DNA from: Antechinus flavipes
Lineage: Eukaryota
Length of the DNA: 64,000 nt
Reading direction: 5' to 3'
NCBI RefSeq assembly: GCF_016432865.1
Contig: NC_067401.1
Span: forward strand, 196,478,001-196,542,000
Shown here: one piece after another, positions 10,801 through 24,400 of the stretch
Layout: each line of letters opens with the position of its first letter
Position numbering within the stretch: position 1 is the stretch's first letter
Made by a program: the position numbers and the translations under genes
Notes under the pieces: model-generated
What the model was told of the DNA's origin: nothing
The model's database searches: none
Seen by the model: the letters and a program-made list of their open reading frames with translations, nothing else

Positions 10801-12551
10801 TGGCACGATAATTGTATAAAACAAGGCTAATGTTGAAGAATTATCCACGTATATGTTTTGAAAAAATAAAAAGTTTTAATTAAAAAAAACTTTAAAAAAT
10901 GAGGGGGAAAATAAATTGGAAAAAACATTAGCAGCAACCCAAAAAGCCAGATATTTCTGAAGACATAATAAAAATTATTATAGAAAGTTATGCAACAAAT
11001 TTGTTGTTGTTGTTTAGTCATGTCCATGTCCCATTTTCTGTTTTCTTGGGAAAGATACTGAAATAGTTTGCCATTTCCTTCTCTAACTCATTTTTCAGAT
11101 GAGAAACCAAGGCAAGCAGAATCAAGTAATTTGTACAGGATCACATAGCTCAGAAGAGTCCAAAACCACATTCCTGACTCCAGGTCTGCCACTTTATCCA
11201 CTTTGTCACCTGACTACCTTATGGGAAAGATAGAATTAGATTTAAAAAAGGAGAATAAAAGGAAATTTGTGAGGTGGGGGAGGTAGGAGTAAGTTGGACT
11301 AAATGACTATTAAAGTGACCTCTAACTCTAATTTTGTGATTAATTCTTCTAATAAGATATTGAGTACTACTAACACCTGAAAAATGTCTTGAAATAAACT
11401 AAGAAATTTAGGGGAAACTGTTCAGCTAAGTGTCAAAGTATCTAGGTACCAGGCCTGGAGTCAGGAAGATTCATCTTCCTGAGTTCAAATCTGACCACAG
11501 ACACTAGCTGTGTGTCATGAATTGTGTTTGTCAAACACAATTTAAAAACAATGACAAATGCTTGTCTTAAGCAAGCAGATTCATATGTTTTTGTTGTTCA
11601 GTTGTGGCACCATCCACCGCCCCACTTAACCCCCTGATGTATGCTTTGGGTCCAAGACTATTTCTCCCCCTCCTTCCCTCTTCTGTTTGAATGACTGAGG
11701 AGAGAAAATGGCATGTTCACTTGTAGACATGGATGCTGATGTTTGGGACTGATAATTCAGAATATAGACTTAAAATTCTTAGGTATCCACTCCAGTTCCT
11801 ATCTGAACAGCAATCCCTTCTACATCTTAACCAAGACTCATCTAGTCTCTACTCGCTATTACAAGTTGATCTATGGATTTTTTCATCCCTGAGATGCCTT
11901 TAATTCTCTGTAGGGAAAATTTATTCCTAATTTCTAAGAAGAAGAAAGGGTCACACAGGAGCAGGAGAAATGGGAAGATGATGGGAGGGAGGGAAACTCA
12001 AGTGCTACAAACAGTGAAACTCCATTCTTTGAATAAGAACAGGAAGAAGAAAGATCTGTGAAGCTGGGGATTTCCTTTGTGTCAGTTTCAATTTTGGTCT
12101 TCTAACCCGTGTGTGTTCATTCTGCCCATTTACCAATTGCTTTTTTTGGTCTTATATTAACTATTGGATGGCAGAGCCTGTGAAGCTAATCAGAAGTTAA
12201 GCATTCATCCATTAACCCAGAGTAAATTGATTTTAGCCACCTTGTGCTTCTGCTTTTTGACTATGGGACCTGATATGCTTTCTTTTATTGGGGACTCTGG
12301 CCCTGATAAAGATCTGGGTGGGAAAGTAGAGAATGGTATTAAATGGTCACCTAGAGATTGGATAGAAATTCTAGGGGATAGATATGTAGCTGAGAAAGAC
12401 CTCTACCAATAGCTACCCCAGCACCACATCAGAGTTACTTTCCAGCAAACACCTTAATCTCAAGTAAAGTGAAACCCAGAAGGTTTGGTTGGCAAGTAGG
12501 GTAATCAGGGGACAGAGCATTGGACAAGTCACTTACGTCTGTTTGTCTCAA

Positions 12552-13020
12552 ATTTTTTTTAAAATAACTTTTTATTGATAGAACCCATGCCAGGATAATT
12601 TTTTACAGCATTATACCTTGCACTCACTTCTGTTCTGATTTTTCCCCTCCCTCCCTCCACCCCCTCCCCCAGATGGCAAGCAGTCCTTTACATGTTGAAT
12701 AGGTTACAGTATATCCTAGATATAATTTATGTGTGCAGAACCGAACAATTTTCTTGTTGCACAGGGAGAATTGGATTCAGAAGGTATAAATAATCTGGGA
12801 AGAAAAACAAAAATGCAAGCAGTTTATATTCATCTCCCAGTGTTCTTTCTTTGAGTGTAGCTGGTTCTGTCCATCCTTGATCACTTGAAACTGAATTAGC
12901 TCTGTTTATCGAAGTGATCCACTTCCATTAGAATACATCCTCAAACAGTATCGTTATTGAGGTATATAATGATCTCCTGGTTCTGCTCATTTCACTTAGC
13001 ATCAGTTCATGTAAGTCTCG
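12552..13020 (-). mobile_element. L1 3' fragment
   Basis: Same 3' end as 10397-10565, extended further into L1 3'UTR-type sequence shared with 15739-16734. Confidence 0.75.
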
Positions 13021-13847
13021 TCATTGACTCAGTTTTCTAATCTGTAAAAATGAACTGGAGAAGCAAATGACAAACCACTCCATTATCTTTGCCAAAAAAA
13101 TCCCAGATGGGGTCATGAAATGGGGTCAGACAGATCTGAAAAAACAACTGAACCAGAAAAGGTAGTGGTGAGAAGAAGCAATGAATGTGTGTGAGCCTGT
13201 ATATGGGAGACTTGGAGGCCAGTAGCCTAGCATCCTTAGCTTAAGTTTGGCAGGACAGTGGGAGTTTTGGGGTAGTTCTTTTGGTTTGGGAAGGGTGAGT
13301 AAGTTGATAGGTGGTATGAGGACAAGGAGCATTGAGGGTGCCAGGAAGGATAAAAATCTCCAACAGTACTGGGGGCCTTAAGAAGAGAGCAGATCCGCCT
13401 AGGAGCCCCAGAATCTAAGGGCAGTACTGAGAATCAGGAACAACTTTCTTAAAGAGCTTCACAAGGGAGCATGGGGAGTGGCTGGGATGAGGCCGGGGGC
13501 TAGGTGAGGACAAAGGGTAGGGGGCTGATAGTGGGGAGTGTGAGAGACCTGGGGCTCCCACCAGAGTGGGGAGGGACCGAGCTTCTAGAGGCAAGAGCAC
13601 TAGGACATGCCCTGATTGTCAGTAAAGCTCATCTCAGAGAGATATAGTCAGGAGAATTGCTATGGTCTAGGGCTATGCACCAACAGTATTGGGGTGTAGG
13701 GGCTGGAATGCCCTGCATGGGAAGGCATGGAGCCAGGAGTGGGGCAGGAAACGGGGTTCAGGGATCACACCCCAGAGGCCTGGTTTGCTCTGAGAAGTCT
13801 TGGTTTTGGCTGTAGACACAGAACTCTCGTCACTCCCCATGTCTCAG

Positions 13848-13998
13848 GTTCTCTATTCATAAGGTATTTTTCCACTTTGGCTTCCCACCCAGAGCTCAGG
13901 GAGCCACAATTTTTCTCTGTGGTAGCCCACAAGTAGAGGATCCGCAGTTACTACAACTTCAACAGTGGCAGCACAAGTCAAGATGGAATCTTGGGTAC
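13848..13998 (+). pseudogene. Degenerate MHC class I exon 2 (alpha-1) relic
   Basis: After the acceptor gtctcag it reads GSLFIRYFSTLASHPELREPQFFSV (class I consensus GSHSLRYFxTAVSRPGLGEPRFISV). A stop follows at 13934-13936, then frameshifted VEDPQLL/FNSGSTS (consensus VDDxQFVRFDSDSAS). An L1 fragment interrupts it. Confidence 0.75.
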
Positions 13999-13999
13999 T

Positions 14000-14470
14000 G
14001 TAAATGGACAAAGTGGATTGAAACTACTGGAAACAGGAAATGTGGAAGTCCAAAATGAAAGGAAAAATTTGGGAAAAATTGAGACACACAAGAAAATCTT
14101 GAAAAGAGGATTAATGGGAAAGAAGGGACAAAATTTTTATGGTAGCATTTGTTTAAAGTGAAAAAGAATTGGAAGTTAGGAGAATGCCCATGAACTGAGG
14201 AATCTCTGAACAAGTTGTGGTACTGACTGTGATTGAATTCTATTGTTTTATAAGATAATGACAAACAAGGTCGTCTCAGGAAAACCTGAAGACTTATGTG
14301 AACTGATGCAAAATGAAGTGAGCAGATCCAGAAGACTGTGAACACATTGTATGATGAATAATTTAGCTATTCTCAGGAATATAGTGATCCAAGAGAATCT
14401 GAAGATCTATAATGAAAAACACCACCTACATCCAGAGAAAGAACTGATAGAATATAGACTGATGTATACT
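14000..14470 (+). mobile_element. Old L1 3' fragment interrupting the class I relic
   Basis: Similar to the L1 ORF2 end and 3'UTR at 10180-10700 (aattggaag...gaatgccca...gaactgatg...gaagtgagcaga). Confidence 0.65.
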
Positions 14471-15738
14471 TTTCGGTAAAACTGACCATGGAGAGAGATA
14501 CTGGGGAGTAGGAGGAGCTCCATCCTCTGGGTCCTTGATAAGTCCAGAACTGCTCCTTCCCCAGTTCTTGAATGGTGGCAGTGAATACAGATTATTGGCA
14601 ACCACCCTAACTTCTTCCTGCTCATCTTCCATAAGCCCTTAATCCATGGGGAAAGTCCCCCAGTCTCCAAGCACAAGTTCTGTAGAAAATGTCATGTATA
14701 GGAGCATCATTAGACTAGGGAACTTCTCCCATCTGCTTCTTCCCCCTCCTCTCCCCCCTTAGCTGTCTGTTCCCCTGGGGAGCAGTCAGTATGATTACTG
14801 ATGACTTTCAGACAGATCCTCTCCCCCAGCTCCACTGCAAAATCTAATTCACTCAGGACACACTTATTGCAGACTCAGTTCTCCTCTGTTCATATAGAAT
14901 TACTCTCCAGAGATAGTTTCCATTACTCCAATCCTGGCCTTGCCTCTCAGTGGCAGGATTCTCGGTGGCAATTACAATCCCAAGAAGAGCAAACATGAAA
15001 CGAATTGGAAGCCTCTTCCCATAGAAACTAATGCCCACCCCATACTCATACTTCTTCTATATTCAGTGTGGTAGTGGCCAGAAAATTCACATGTCGCCTC
15101 CCAGCTCTCCAGTTCAGCCAGATCTCCTACTTTTGAACTACTTCTTCCCTCTTTGCTCCTGTCAGAAATACCCATTTTCATTGTTGTGCATATTTCTTGG
15201 GTCTGGAAAAGTGCCCATCATTTTGACATCCTCCAGTCCCCAAGAATGGTTCCTTGAATCTACTTTGGGATGAGGGGGGCCTGAAGTCCAGACCCGGCAG
15301 CCCTCTCTGCCTCCTTCTCCAATCCCTGATTCCTGCTCATTTCCAATAGGAGGGACCCAGTCCTCAGGTGGTCAGTTGGGTTTAGAGCTTGATTTGCCTC
15401 ATGGTTGGTGAAGTTTAAAAATCTGTGAATGGGAAGATAGTGGGGCCCAGAGAGATAGTCGAGAATCAAAGAAACACAGGAAAAAGAACTCAGGCTGGCT
15501 CTGGATTCCTGTCCTATGTTCAGGCTTCAGTGTGCTTCCAGTGCTTGGTTCTTTTGGCTTATGGATCAAAGGAAGCAGCTCAACTTTCTGTTTCTTTTTC
15601 CCAGAAATATCTTCATTTCTTGCTAATAGAGCAGGCTGCCCTGCTCTTTGCTTCGCTCTTTGCAATGGCTGTCCACCAGATGGGGACAAATTCCAGGCTC
15701 TTGCTTGGGATTCAGGAAATGCCAACTCCAGGACACAT

Positions 15739-16205
15739 TTTTTTTTTAATTAAAGCTTTTTATTTACAAAACACATGCATGGATAATTTTTCCAACATTG
15801 ACCCTTGCAAAGCCGTGTGTTCCAAATTTTCCCCTCTTTCCCTCCACCCCCTTCCCTAGCTGGCAGGTAGTCCAGTACATGCAATATATGTATACATATT
15901 TATACAGTTAGCTTGTTGCACAAGAAAAATCAGATCAAAAAGGAAGAAAAATAAAAATTGAGAAAACAAAATGCAAGTAAATAACAGAGAGAGAGAATGC
16001 AATGTTGTGTTCCAACTCAATTCTCACAGTTCTCTCTGGGCGTAGATGGCTCTCTTCATCACTGAGCAAATAGAACTAGTTTGAATCATTTCACTTTTGA
16101 AGAGAGCCACGTCCATCAGAATTAATTGTCGTATAGTCTTGTGGTTGCCATGTATAATGATCTCCTGGTTCTGTTTAATTCACTTGGCATCAGTTCATGG
16201 AGGTC
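15739..16205 (-). mobile_element. L1 3' fragment, insertion 1 at a reused target site
   Basis: Poly-T start on the + strand. Flanked by TCCAGGACACAT at 15727-15738 and 16206-16217. Confidence 0.8.
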
Positions 16206-16224
16206 TCCAGGACACATATTCTTT

Positions 16225-16734
16225 TTTTTTTTTTTTTTTTTTGAGCAAAATTGTGGGTGTACTTATTTATTTATTTATTTATTTTGCTTTTTATTTACAA
16301 GATATATGCATAGGTAATTTTTCAGCATTGACAATTGCCAAACCTTTTGTTCCAATTTTTCCCCTCCTTCCTCCCCCTCCCCCAGATGGCAGGTTGACCA
16401 ATACATATTAAATATGTTAAAGTCTAAGTTAAATACAATATATGTATACATGTCATACAGTTATTTTGCTGTACAAAAAGAATCGGACTTTGAAATAGTG
16501 TACAATTAACCTATGAAGGAAATAAAAAATGCAGGCAGACAAAAATAGAGGGATTGGGAATTCTATGAAGTGGTTCATACTCATTTCCCAGAGTTCTTTT
16601 GCTGGGAGTAGCTGGTTCAGTTCATTACTGCTCTATTGGAACTGATTTGGTTCATCTCATTGTTGAAGAGGGCCACGTCCATCAGAACTGATCATCATAA
16701 AATGTTGTTGTTGAAGTATATAATGATTTCCTGG
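16225..16734 (-). mobile_element. L1 3' fragment, insertion 2 at the same target site
   Basis: Poly-T start on the + strand. Flanked by CAGGACAC(A/G)TATTCTTT at 16208-16224 and 16735-16751. Confidence 0.8.
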
Positions 16735-17247
16735 CAGGACACGTATTCTTTACAAGAATAGGAAAAACAGACAAATACAGAAGGTAACTTTGGAAAAATA
16801 CCCTGTCCCATCTCTGGGTATAGCTCCTAAGCTTCTTTGAATTTCTCCACTGTCATTGAGGCAGTTCTGATAAACCAAACTCACCCTGGTCACTGAAATC
16901 ATAGGATATCAGACTTAAAATGCCCCCTCAAATATCAAGTTCAGTTTCCTTATGTTTTGGATGAAAAAGCTAAAACCTTGTGTGGTCAGTTCTTAACACT
17001 AGTTAGCCTGTTATTACCAAGACAGAGATTCCACTGCCCCTTCATTTGTTGGTTTGGTTCAGGAAGGCAGGCAAATAGGCAGCAAGAACAGAGGTAAGAG
17101 AGCACCTATGTTATTCAGATATATTAACATTATAAAGAATAGGAGAGAGGTGGAATTGAGGTGGGTAGTGTGGGAGATTGGATTGTGCAGGAGTCTTTTA
17201 TCCCTCGACCTTATTCACCTTTTCTCTGGCATTTTCTCTCCATGCAG

Positions 17248-17450
17248 TTCTCTGATAAATCCAGGATATAGTGACAGTCACTGGACAGGTGGTACAGGAG
17301 GCAGTGGGAAGCCTGAAAACCGTGAGGAGTTTAGGGTCAGAAAAGGATGAAACAAGATAAAGAGGACTGAGAAGACAAGCGGCTCCATCAAAGACAGTTC
17401 ATTGTGGACTGAAATGGACATTCTTTCCTCCTCCCTGACCTCCATTCATG
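17248..17450 (+). pseudogene. TAP2: Isolated TAP2 exon 6 relic
   Basis: A polypyrimidine acceptor (ctctccatgcag) is followed by IQDIVTVTGQVVQEAVGSLKTVRSLGSEKDETR* versus human TAP2 IQDAVARAGQVVREAVGGLQTVRSFGAEEHEVCRY. Stop at 17358-17360. A GT donor at 17451 gives 203 bp, against 198 bp for the equivalent TAP1 exon 5. Confidence 0.8.
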
Positions 17451-18675
17451 GTGAATTTGAGGTCTTGGTTGACTTGCCCCATCCCTCCAGGGATTACTTT
17501 CCTGCCAGTATCGTGGCTTAGATTTAGAGAGCCAGAATCCTAAGGGCCTACAGCAATGAAACAACCCCCAAAATATTATAGTAATTCTGAGGGAAAAAGA
17601 ATCACATGATAAAGGTAAGTCAGAAGAATAGTGGAAACATGGCTGCTGGGCTCTTAGCTGTACTGTAGTGGAGTCCCAGAGGGAATGGAATACTCACTCC
17701 AAAACTAGTGAAGTCTGGTGAGTTTTTAAGAGTCCTCTGAGTCTCACAGGACCAGGCATTGGGGGCAGGGATCAAGGAGCTTGGTGTTGATTCGTGCTCC
17801 TGGATAACTGAAGGTCAGATAATATTTATCTAATTTGGCACTATAAGAAAGAGCTTTGGACAGTTATACTGGTCTAATACTGACAGGAATTTCCACTTCT
17901 GTGTCAGCGTCCTTGGAGCTTCTTCATTTAGCTGTCTCACAGAGACTATTATATTCCTTACATTCAGATTTCCTAGGAAATAGATGGGAAGGTTGTGAAA
18001 CTCTAAATAGACAGACTACTTACAAGAAGTCAGCATCTGGTCTCACCCCCGATGCTCACTTTGGGCAAAGCCATAGGGGTTCCAGACTCATAAAAGCTAG
18101 GGAAATAGTTGGCAACTGCCCTTGGAAATGAGGGTAGCAGAGAAAGGAGGGAGATGGAAGGAAATTAGAAATCACTTAATAGAATAATAATGTCTTCATA
18201 CATGTATGCACAATCTAATTACAAATCATCAAAATACATTTCTGACAGAGGAGAAAACTTAGGACTGATGTGACCTGACTCTTTTATCAGCGAAGTGGAA
18301 GAAAGGGAACAAAATCCCAGTTTTCTCTTCTTTCTTTTGCTCTTAAAGCAAACAGAGTTGAGATCCAGGAGTGGAGAAAGAGGATTTCCTAATTTTACAA
18401 AGTGTTTGTTTGATCATGAATTTGTCCTCATGCATCTGACCCAGCCAATGAGAGCTCAAGGTGGTGAAATGTCAGTGGTTACTAGCTAGTCTGGTTAGGG
18501 AAGGTTCCTATTCTAGGAAAAAGAAACTCAGGCTTTCTCTTAAATCAGGCGAATACCCAGGATGTGGCCAAATCCTGTGATCATCCTCTGAAAAAACACA
18601 GGCTTTGGAATTTTCTTAACCCTGAGATAGAGGAAGCAAGAATAAGAGGGAAACTGTTTAGAGGGAGGCTTAATC

Positions 18676-18677
<2 letters not shown>

Positions 18678-18718
<41 letters not shown>
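18678..18718. repeat. (TG)n microsatellite
   Basis: About 20 uninterrupted TG units. Confidence 0.95.
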
Positions 18719-18725
<7 letters not shown>

Positions 18726-20859
18726 TCCTTCGAAAAGGCTCTTGGGCCCTAGCAGAAAAGGAAGCCAAAAGTAGGAGCTTTGATATGCCCAGGGCTATTG
18801 TAAACTCATGTATGTGAATTTATATGTGTGGGATTAAAATGCAGCCAGTTTATCAGGCAGGAAAATTTCAGGTAGCTTTAATGTTTTTAATATCCTCCTA
18901 TATCCTGTGTTCTCCCTTTTTCCCTTTCCCCAATCTCTATTTTTCCCCTAGTCAACTAGACAGAAACTAGCTTCTGACCATGGGTTATCTAAGCCAAAGA
19001 AACACAGCAGACTAGTGATAGGAAAATCAAGTCACAAATAGAAGTTCAATTAATTTTAGAATGAGGAAAATGAGGTTTGCAAAGGGAAGCCCCCTCCTTC
19101 TTAGGAAGGCTTAAAATATGCTGGACCAAAGACAGGTCTTATGGATATGGCATAGTTATGTTTATGACATAAATGACTTTATCATTTTTAGGTCTTGAGT
19201 TACTTGAGTGCTATACTTGAAAGTGATAAGGAACAAGGATTGTAAATATGTGGGGGATGGCCTTGGGAAAGAGAGGGAGGTAAATCCCTCAGTGAGTACA
19301 CTTTGCAAGAGTAATATCATTTTGAGCACTCTTGGCTTTCCAAGTGCTCCTTTTCTATTATGGCCCAAGAGCTTTTTCAAAGCCCTGAGAGCTCAGAGCT
19401 TCACCTGATAAGCTTGGATACAGGACTAAGATTTTTATAATTATGCAAAGGGGAGCGGGTAGACAGTGGAGAAAGGTGGGTAGTAACTCCTGAGGTACAG
19501 GCCTTATGCCTTATTCTTGAGCAAAGGATTATTGTTATATCAAACTTAGAACATAGCCTGCTTGCTGGGCCTTAGTTCTGGAAAATAGATTATCCCCAAA
19601 ATATTTTGACAAACTTCACCTCCCTGAGCCTGAACATTCTGACAAAATTGACAAAAAACGATATCAGTGATCCTGATTTCCCCCCGAGATTTCCTTTCTC
19701 CATCATTTTCGTCTCTTCTTTCCTCCTTTCAGTTTCCCTTGATTTTCTGGCCCTGAATCATCCACAGAATCACAGGTTGTTAAATTGTGTTTTATAGATG
19801 AGGAAGCTGAAGTTCAGAGAGAGTAAGTAATTTGCCCAAGGTCACACAGCAATGACCCCAGGTCTCTTGCCTACAGGTGCATGGTGGTTTTCTCAAATTT
19901 ATTTCAACCTTTTACTACCTTTTCCTATTAGAGGAGGAAGGCTTTCCAGTTGGAAGAAGGAGGATAGGAAGTGGGAAGAGAGAGCTGAGTGCTTTCCAAC
20001 TAAGGACTTTACCAAACTTTCTTTACCAGGAGGCAGCAAACACTGGAATTCTTGATCCTTCTTGTTCTATTCCAGGGTAAGAGGAGGATAAAATGATTAG
20101 TTGATGTTTGAGCTTGCTTTATTTATTTATTTTTTATTTATTCATTCATTTGTTTATTTTTAATTTATATATGAACATTGTCTCTGAGGGACAACAGCAT
20201 GTCTCAGGAGCTCATCTCTGCACATGCAAATGTAGAAAATAACATTTGTCTTCATTTTGTCTCTTTCTGCAGAAAGTTGTAGAGCTCATGACAATACTTC
20301 CACAGATAAGGCTGCTTTAGTTGACAATTGTTTGCATTTTGTGTTCTCTGCTGGCCCAAAACAATCTTCTGTTTCTACCTCTTCCCTAGTTCAAAATTTT
20401 ATCTATGAAAGGGAATCTATGAAACTGCCTTCAGAGGCAGAAGAAAAAGGAACAGTAGTGTGATCACACAATGTTTCTCCCCCTCATCCTTTTTACATAC
20501 GTTTTGTTTTTAAAGAAGCAAATTTGAATTTCATGCAATAGGAAGGATCAATTTTATCTTTTGTAATTGCCTCTCTGCTTTGTTTGGTTAAGCAACTTCC
20601 CCTTCCTCCCTTACTGGAGGCTTTAAAATGAATGTGATATCTCTTCCAATTAAAAAGAAAAGAATAGGATCTTTAGTATTCAGGTAACATGCCTGTTTTG
20701 AACTTATTTGTGGATTGTGGCATAAGATGTTGGTCTAATGCTTATTTCTCTTAGACTGTTGTCCAGTTTTCCTGGTAGTTCTTCTCAAATATGGAGTTGT
20801 ATTTTAGATAATTTATGTATTTTAAGTTAAAGACCATTGAAATATTGAGATCTTACTAT

Positions 20860-21420
20860 CAGGGAGATGACATCCTAACAGGGAAAACAATAAATATAAT
20901 CAGTGACTTATTAGCAGATTTGGGAGTTACAAGGGATAATTAACACCATGGATAACAGATTTAAAATTCAAAACATCTTGACTGGGTAAAATATGTAAGT
21001 GCAGAAATTTAATTTCAAAAGCATAAAATGAGGAGACCTATCTGAATAAGAGGCTATCTGAAAAAAAGTATCTGCAAGCCCTAATAGACTGACCTCCAGC
21101 TTCATGAGAGGCAGTTTTATGCTAGGGCAGCCAGAAAAGCCTCACTTGCAAAGTTGGGCTGAACTCAAAGGACAAAGCTTCAGGAAGGGGAGAAGAATGG
21201 TTCCTTTGTCCTCTGCCCTGGCCAGACCACATCTTGCAATTAGAAGACACTTATTTACTGGAGATGATTCAGCCAAGAGCATCCAGGATGATGAGCTCAT
21301 GCCATGTGAAGCCTGGATGAAAAAATGTCTAGAAGAAAGCACTGAAAGGAAAGGCCCTGATTGCTATCTTCAAGCATTTGAGGACTGCTGTGCTGTTCTT
21401 CCACAATACTCCATTTGTCC
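20860..21420 (+). mobile_element. Ancient CR1/L3 LINE fragment
   Basis: MVPLSSALARPHL resembles the CR1 ORF2 motif VPLYSALVRPHLEY. The sequence is degenerate. Confidence 0.6.
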
Positions 21421-24400
21421 ACTATCCAGTCAGTGCTCATCCCTTTGTTTCCTGTCAACTAAGGAGTGAACAGCTGAATCTCAGACCGCTGCTTCAACAG
21501 AGTCTTGAAGAAACAACTTTGCCATCATGTTCTTATGATCAGGCTTAGTTGCTTTACCTTCCAGAAGCAGGTTCTATGACAAATAGATGCCCAGAAAGGG
21601 AAAAGGAAGAAGCATTTGTCTGGCACCTACTATGTGCCAGGAACTATCCTAAGGACTTTCCTCATAAGTATTATCTCATAACAACTCTTCAAGGGAGGTG
21701 CCCATTTTATTGTTGAGGAAACTGAGAGAGACAGGTTAAATGATTTGCCCAGGGATTTGAACTCGGATCTTCCTGTCCCCAGGTCTAGTGCTCTATTCAC
21801 TGACACACCTAACTGCCTAGGAAGGGAAGGAAGACTCTTCAATTCAGCACTTTCTGAGATCTCACATCCAAGACTTACTCAATGAGAGGCTGTTTTCAGA
21901 TACTCTTTGGCGTTCCTTATTTCTTCCCCTCTCTGGAGTCATCCAATCCTTGAGCTACCTGTCTCCTCAGAAGGCCCCACAGTCCGAGCAAAAATTTCCC
22001 AAGAGGTCTTCAGGACTCAGTGGGTAGAATTTTGGGGAATGTACCCAGCTTGTTAATGACATGAACAAGGTGAGATGATTTCTGGATAACTATGGTACAT
22101 GTAAATTGATCTAGAAGAAAGGTGATCCCTTAGCTAACTTAGTGGCAACCTGAATCTCCAAAGGAAAGGGATTCTCCCTCATTAGATCTCTTAGGAAAGG
22201 AGGACAGGATCTTAGCAAAGTCCAATAAAGGGACCAAGATTTAACATCACTTCCCTGATGAGACTTTCAAGGAGGACACAATTCTGTTTGGTGGGCCAAG
22301 GACATGAATGAGATAATGGGATGTAGTTAATTTTGACAGCAAATCAGGTCCTGGTTCAAGTTGTAGGGACAGGTGCCGTAATTTCTAGCACTGTGATCAT
22401 CTTGTTAGAGACTATCCTGCTATATAATGAGCACAAGTCACTGGGCCAAAAGTGCCAGGCAGTGAATAAAGTGCTGGGCTTGCAATCAGAAAACCCTGTG
22501 TCTGAATTCTGCCTTGAGAACCTACCAGTTGTTTGATCTACGGCAAGTCACTTTTTCTTAGTCTCAGTTACCTCAATTATAAAATGAACATAATAATAAT
22601 AGTACTTTCTCCCAAATTTGCATGAAGATAAAATGAGACAAGTATAGTAAAGCTTTTTACAAAGCTGGGAATTGTACCTAAATGCTACAAGCTCTTGTTT
22701 CCTCAGCATTACCACCCTGATGTTTCTCTGCTTTTCATCTCTGCTTTTGATCTGGAGATGCCCTGTAATTGAGCTTGACATTCCCCAGCCTTACTACATA
22801 AATGAGATCACCAAGATTTGGGAAGCTGTTGTTCTGCAGGGATCCCATGTGAAGCCTGGAGTGTATATCTTTAGATCTATCAGGGGATCATTCTGGTGGT
22901 AGTTGTAGTGTATTTGTGTGTATATATATATTTGCATGTGAGTATATGTGTAGATGTTATTAGTCTAAAACAAATTCCCAAACCTGAACTAATTTTTAGA
23001 AAGCATTTTATTAGGATATTTGGCAAAGAAGAAAGTTGGAAATAGACGTGGCTTCTGTTTCAATAGATGTGACAAATTCCTGTTAAGGATGGCTGTAGTT
23101 TATACAATCTATGCCTGGACATTATTGTTGTAAGAATAGCCCTAATGATTTCATGATGATCTCTTTAAGAAAAGTTGTAAGTCTATAAAACCTACTCATG
23201 GATAAATACTTAGGGTAACATTTTTTGTTATCCTTAATAATATAATATCCTTAAGTGTTTTTGTAGTTTTGTGCCCCAATGCCACACATAATACTTTGTC
23301 TGCCATCAACTTGTTTTTCTCCCTGATGAAAAATTCCTCAAATAATATTTTCACCTGACTCATGATATGTTAATTGGTTAGTGGAAGAAATGTTCCAAAT
23401 CTTACTACTGTACAGACACTTCTTTATTTATTTAAATAGAAGTGGATCCCATTCTACAGATTTTACTTCATAAGAATTTGCCTACTTAAGTGAAAAAGGA
23501 AGGGAGGCAGGAAGATGACTTTCCCATCCTTGGAATGAAAAGACACATAGAGGTTCAAAGACACATAGAGGCTGAGATGGAGAAGTAAGAGTTAGAGAAG
23601 AAACACTTGGGGAGCCAGGCATAGACATGTGGACCCTATGGTGCATGGATAGAAGACAGACATGTTGGAAGGGAGCAAAGGTCTCTTCTCTCTGCACCTA
23701 AGTTCTCAAGCCAAATTCCCCAGTGGCAGCAGTAATCAGCCCCAAACTTCGTCTATGCACAAGTTCACAAGTTAAAGGATAAAATCTTTCTTTTGCATTT
23801 TTGATGAATAATTAGCTCCCTGATATTTGAAGTACCTGACCTAGAAGTAGAGCAGCTGGGGACAGCTTTTTGCCTACAGGCCTTCTATCTTGACACTGGC
23901 CCTGTTTATATTGCAGCCTTCTTTCTTTCTGGGACCTTCAGTTTTACTAAAAACAGCAAATAGGAAAAATAGTCCTATTAGGAGGAGGTTACAAAAGAGA
24001 ACTAACCTGAATAAGAGTTTTCAGTTACTAGTTCCAGCAATAGACTCAGTCTAATCAAGGGATATCACATCCCCTATTTCTACTCTAAGTCTCCTGTATG
24101 GATTAGATATAAGACAGGCTTTCTGTCTTACAAGACAAGAATTCTTACACAGAAACAAAATGCTAAACACGAAGAATCAAAGCATGCAAATAAGTAGAAT
24201 GATTGGAACAGAATCCAACCACTTGACTATAGTTACAATCGATTGGGAAGCTAATAGTCGTCTCATCAGAAAATAAAACAGCTTAATGGGACTGATACTT
24301 AGCCATTTTACACTTCAATTTGGTTTACTAATTTATTATTTTTTATTTCAATTTTATCTCTTCACTGATTTTTAGAATATCTATTTTTGTGTTTGAGATT

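Noticed and set aside
14800-15130. Minus-strand stretch faintly resembling class I exon 3 or PSMB8 exon 4 (HTEYRRSMSMG...RGFQF)
   Set aside because: Only scattered residues match, there are no diagnostic Cys/Trp positions or splice sites, and it fits two unrelated proteins equally poorly.
17895-18000. Possible TAP2 exon 7 relic (LLHLAVSQ versus VLHLGVQ)
   Set aside because: The match is limited to about 7 residues, so it is not supportable without an alignment score.
21971-22069. Exon-shaped segment (ctcctcag ... gtgaga)
   Set aside because: No frame resembles a known protein, and such splice-like pairs are common by chance.
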